Origin: Stegostoma tigrinum
Lineage: Eukaryota
DNA length: 64,000 nt
NCBI RefSeq assembly: GCF_030684315.1
Contig: NC_081393.1
Span: 10,489,565-10,553,564 of the forward strand
Direction of reading: 5' to 3'
The notes below the pieces were generated by a model, which made no database searches, had not been told where the DNA came from, and saw only the letters and a program-made list of their open reading frames with translations. Shown here in pieces: positions 62,765-64,000 of the stretch; positions within the stretch are counted from its first letter, which is position 1; each line of letters starts with the position of its first letter. The position numbers and the translations under genes are program-made.

Positions 62765-63112
62765 TAGGCAATTGCTTTGTGATATTATCGCTGGACTGTA
62801 AATCCAGAGACCTAGGTAATGTTCTAGGGACCTGGGCTTGAATTCTGCCACAGCAGATGGTGGAATTTGAATTCAATAAATATCTGGAATTCAGAGTATA
62901 ATGATGACAATGAATCCATTGTAGATTATCGGAAAAAAACCATTTTATTCCCTAATGTCCTTTAGGGAAGGAAACTGCCATCCTCACCTGGTCTGGCCTA
63001 CATGAGACTCCAGAACCACAGCAATATGGTTGACTCTTAACTGCCGTCTGGGCAATTAGGGATGGGCAATAAATGCTGGTCTTAGCCAGTGACATCCTGT
63101 GAATGAGTAAAA
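62765..63112 (+). mobile_element. tRNA-derived SINE with CR1-group LINE tail
   Basis: B-box-like gggcttgaattctgcc; tail gggcaattagggatgggcaataaatgctgg, shared with the LINE end at ~48582-48615. Confidence 0.85.
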
Positions 63113-64000
63113 GCTAATTAAAATGTACTACACCCAGAATGAATTTGTGGTAAATATGGTTAATGGGCTGTGATCAAAAACTATACCATGTGCGAAAAGG
63201 AACCAATGCAATGAAGACAGATTCGACAAATTTCTCAGCAATCCTACCTGCCCCAACCTCCCCTCAATCATTAGTGTCATGATGGGACAAGAAATCTCCT
63301 CAAACATCACAAGGGATCACAATTCTTCACTTGTGCAGGTATGACCTTGGAAGTCTGTCAAGAGTGCTGCTGCCTCAGTGACCACTCCAGTATCCTTCCT
63401 TGGATTTAAGTTCCCTCGGATTCCAAAACTGCACCCTAGCTCTTATTAACGAGCTCTTCACTGAAAGTCAGCTTCACAAGGCCAGGCCCACTCCTGCACT
63501 TTTCCCCTTGCTCCAAACTTGATCAGTTACATCAAGTAGATATTGTTTGTAAGCTTTCCAAGCCCCAATTTCCCAGCTGCACTGGAGTATCAGTGCTTGT
63601 AGGCTTCTTCCAAGCACCACACGGCTTTCCTCACCACAGACCCAGTGATCCTCAGACCTTTTCAGCTCCTCAGGACTTCTTCTGAGTCTTGACTCCAGCC
63701 CTCAACTGCAGACCCTTAACTCCAACCCTTAAATCCTCAGACTTCTTCCTGACCCCTCACAGCAAACAGCAACTCATGTGCTCTCATTCCTCACAATCTG
63801 TATGGTTCAGCTGCCTTCCCAGCAGCCCAGCAAACTGTCGCAACCCTTACGTGGAGTTTTCAGCTCTCTCTTATCCTCTCACATCTTCCCTGACTTACCC
63901 ACCTTATAACCTTTGAGACTGTTGTAATTGGTATGGATCTTGCAGCTGCTCCTGGGGTAGCAGGCTGAGTCAAAGATTTCTTGTAGTGTTCTTTTACGGT

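Overview
Eukaryotic genomic DNA, almost certainly from a cartilaginous fish: it carries HE1/V-SINE, SacSINE1-like, CR1-group, Rex1 and Penelope repeats, and probably comes from an orectolobiform shark. Two spliced genes lie head-to-head. On the minus strand is the 5' part of SLC18A1/VMAT1 (4 coding exons, 7198->1743, continuing off the left edge). On the plus strand is a complete 14-exon ATP6V1B2 (V-ATPase B2 subunit; 17298-38672; 1521 nt CDS, 506 aa, all introns GT-AG, polyA signal near 40240). A second CpG-rich, promoter-like segment at about 44.2-44.76 kb ends in a short candidate first coding exon (MPSNRTRIEHSRMQK|gt) that may belong to dematin. The remainder is mostly decayed and nested retroelements. 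The most notable observations are: (1) minimal hammerhead-ribozyme motifs in the ends of Penelope-like elements, including a 192-bp non-coding palindromic element with two back-to-back motifs and a 14-bp target-site duplication; (2) a perfectly preserved fold-back plus templated-insertion scar at 62.2 kb; (3) unusual substitutions at conserved VMAT positions; (4) a diverged ~265-bp element present in two ATP6V1B2 introns. Exon coordinates were read from splice sites; repeat boundaries are approximate, and family names come from recalled consensus similarity, not from database searches.
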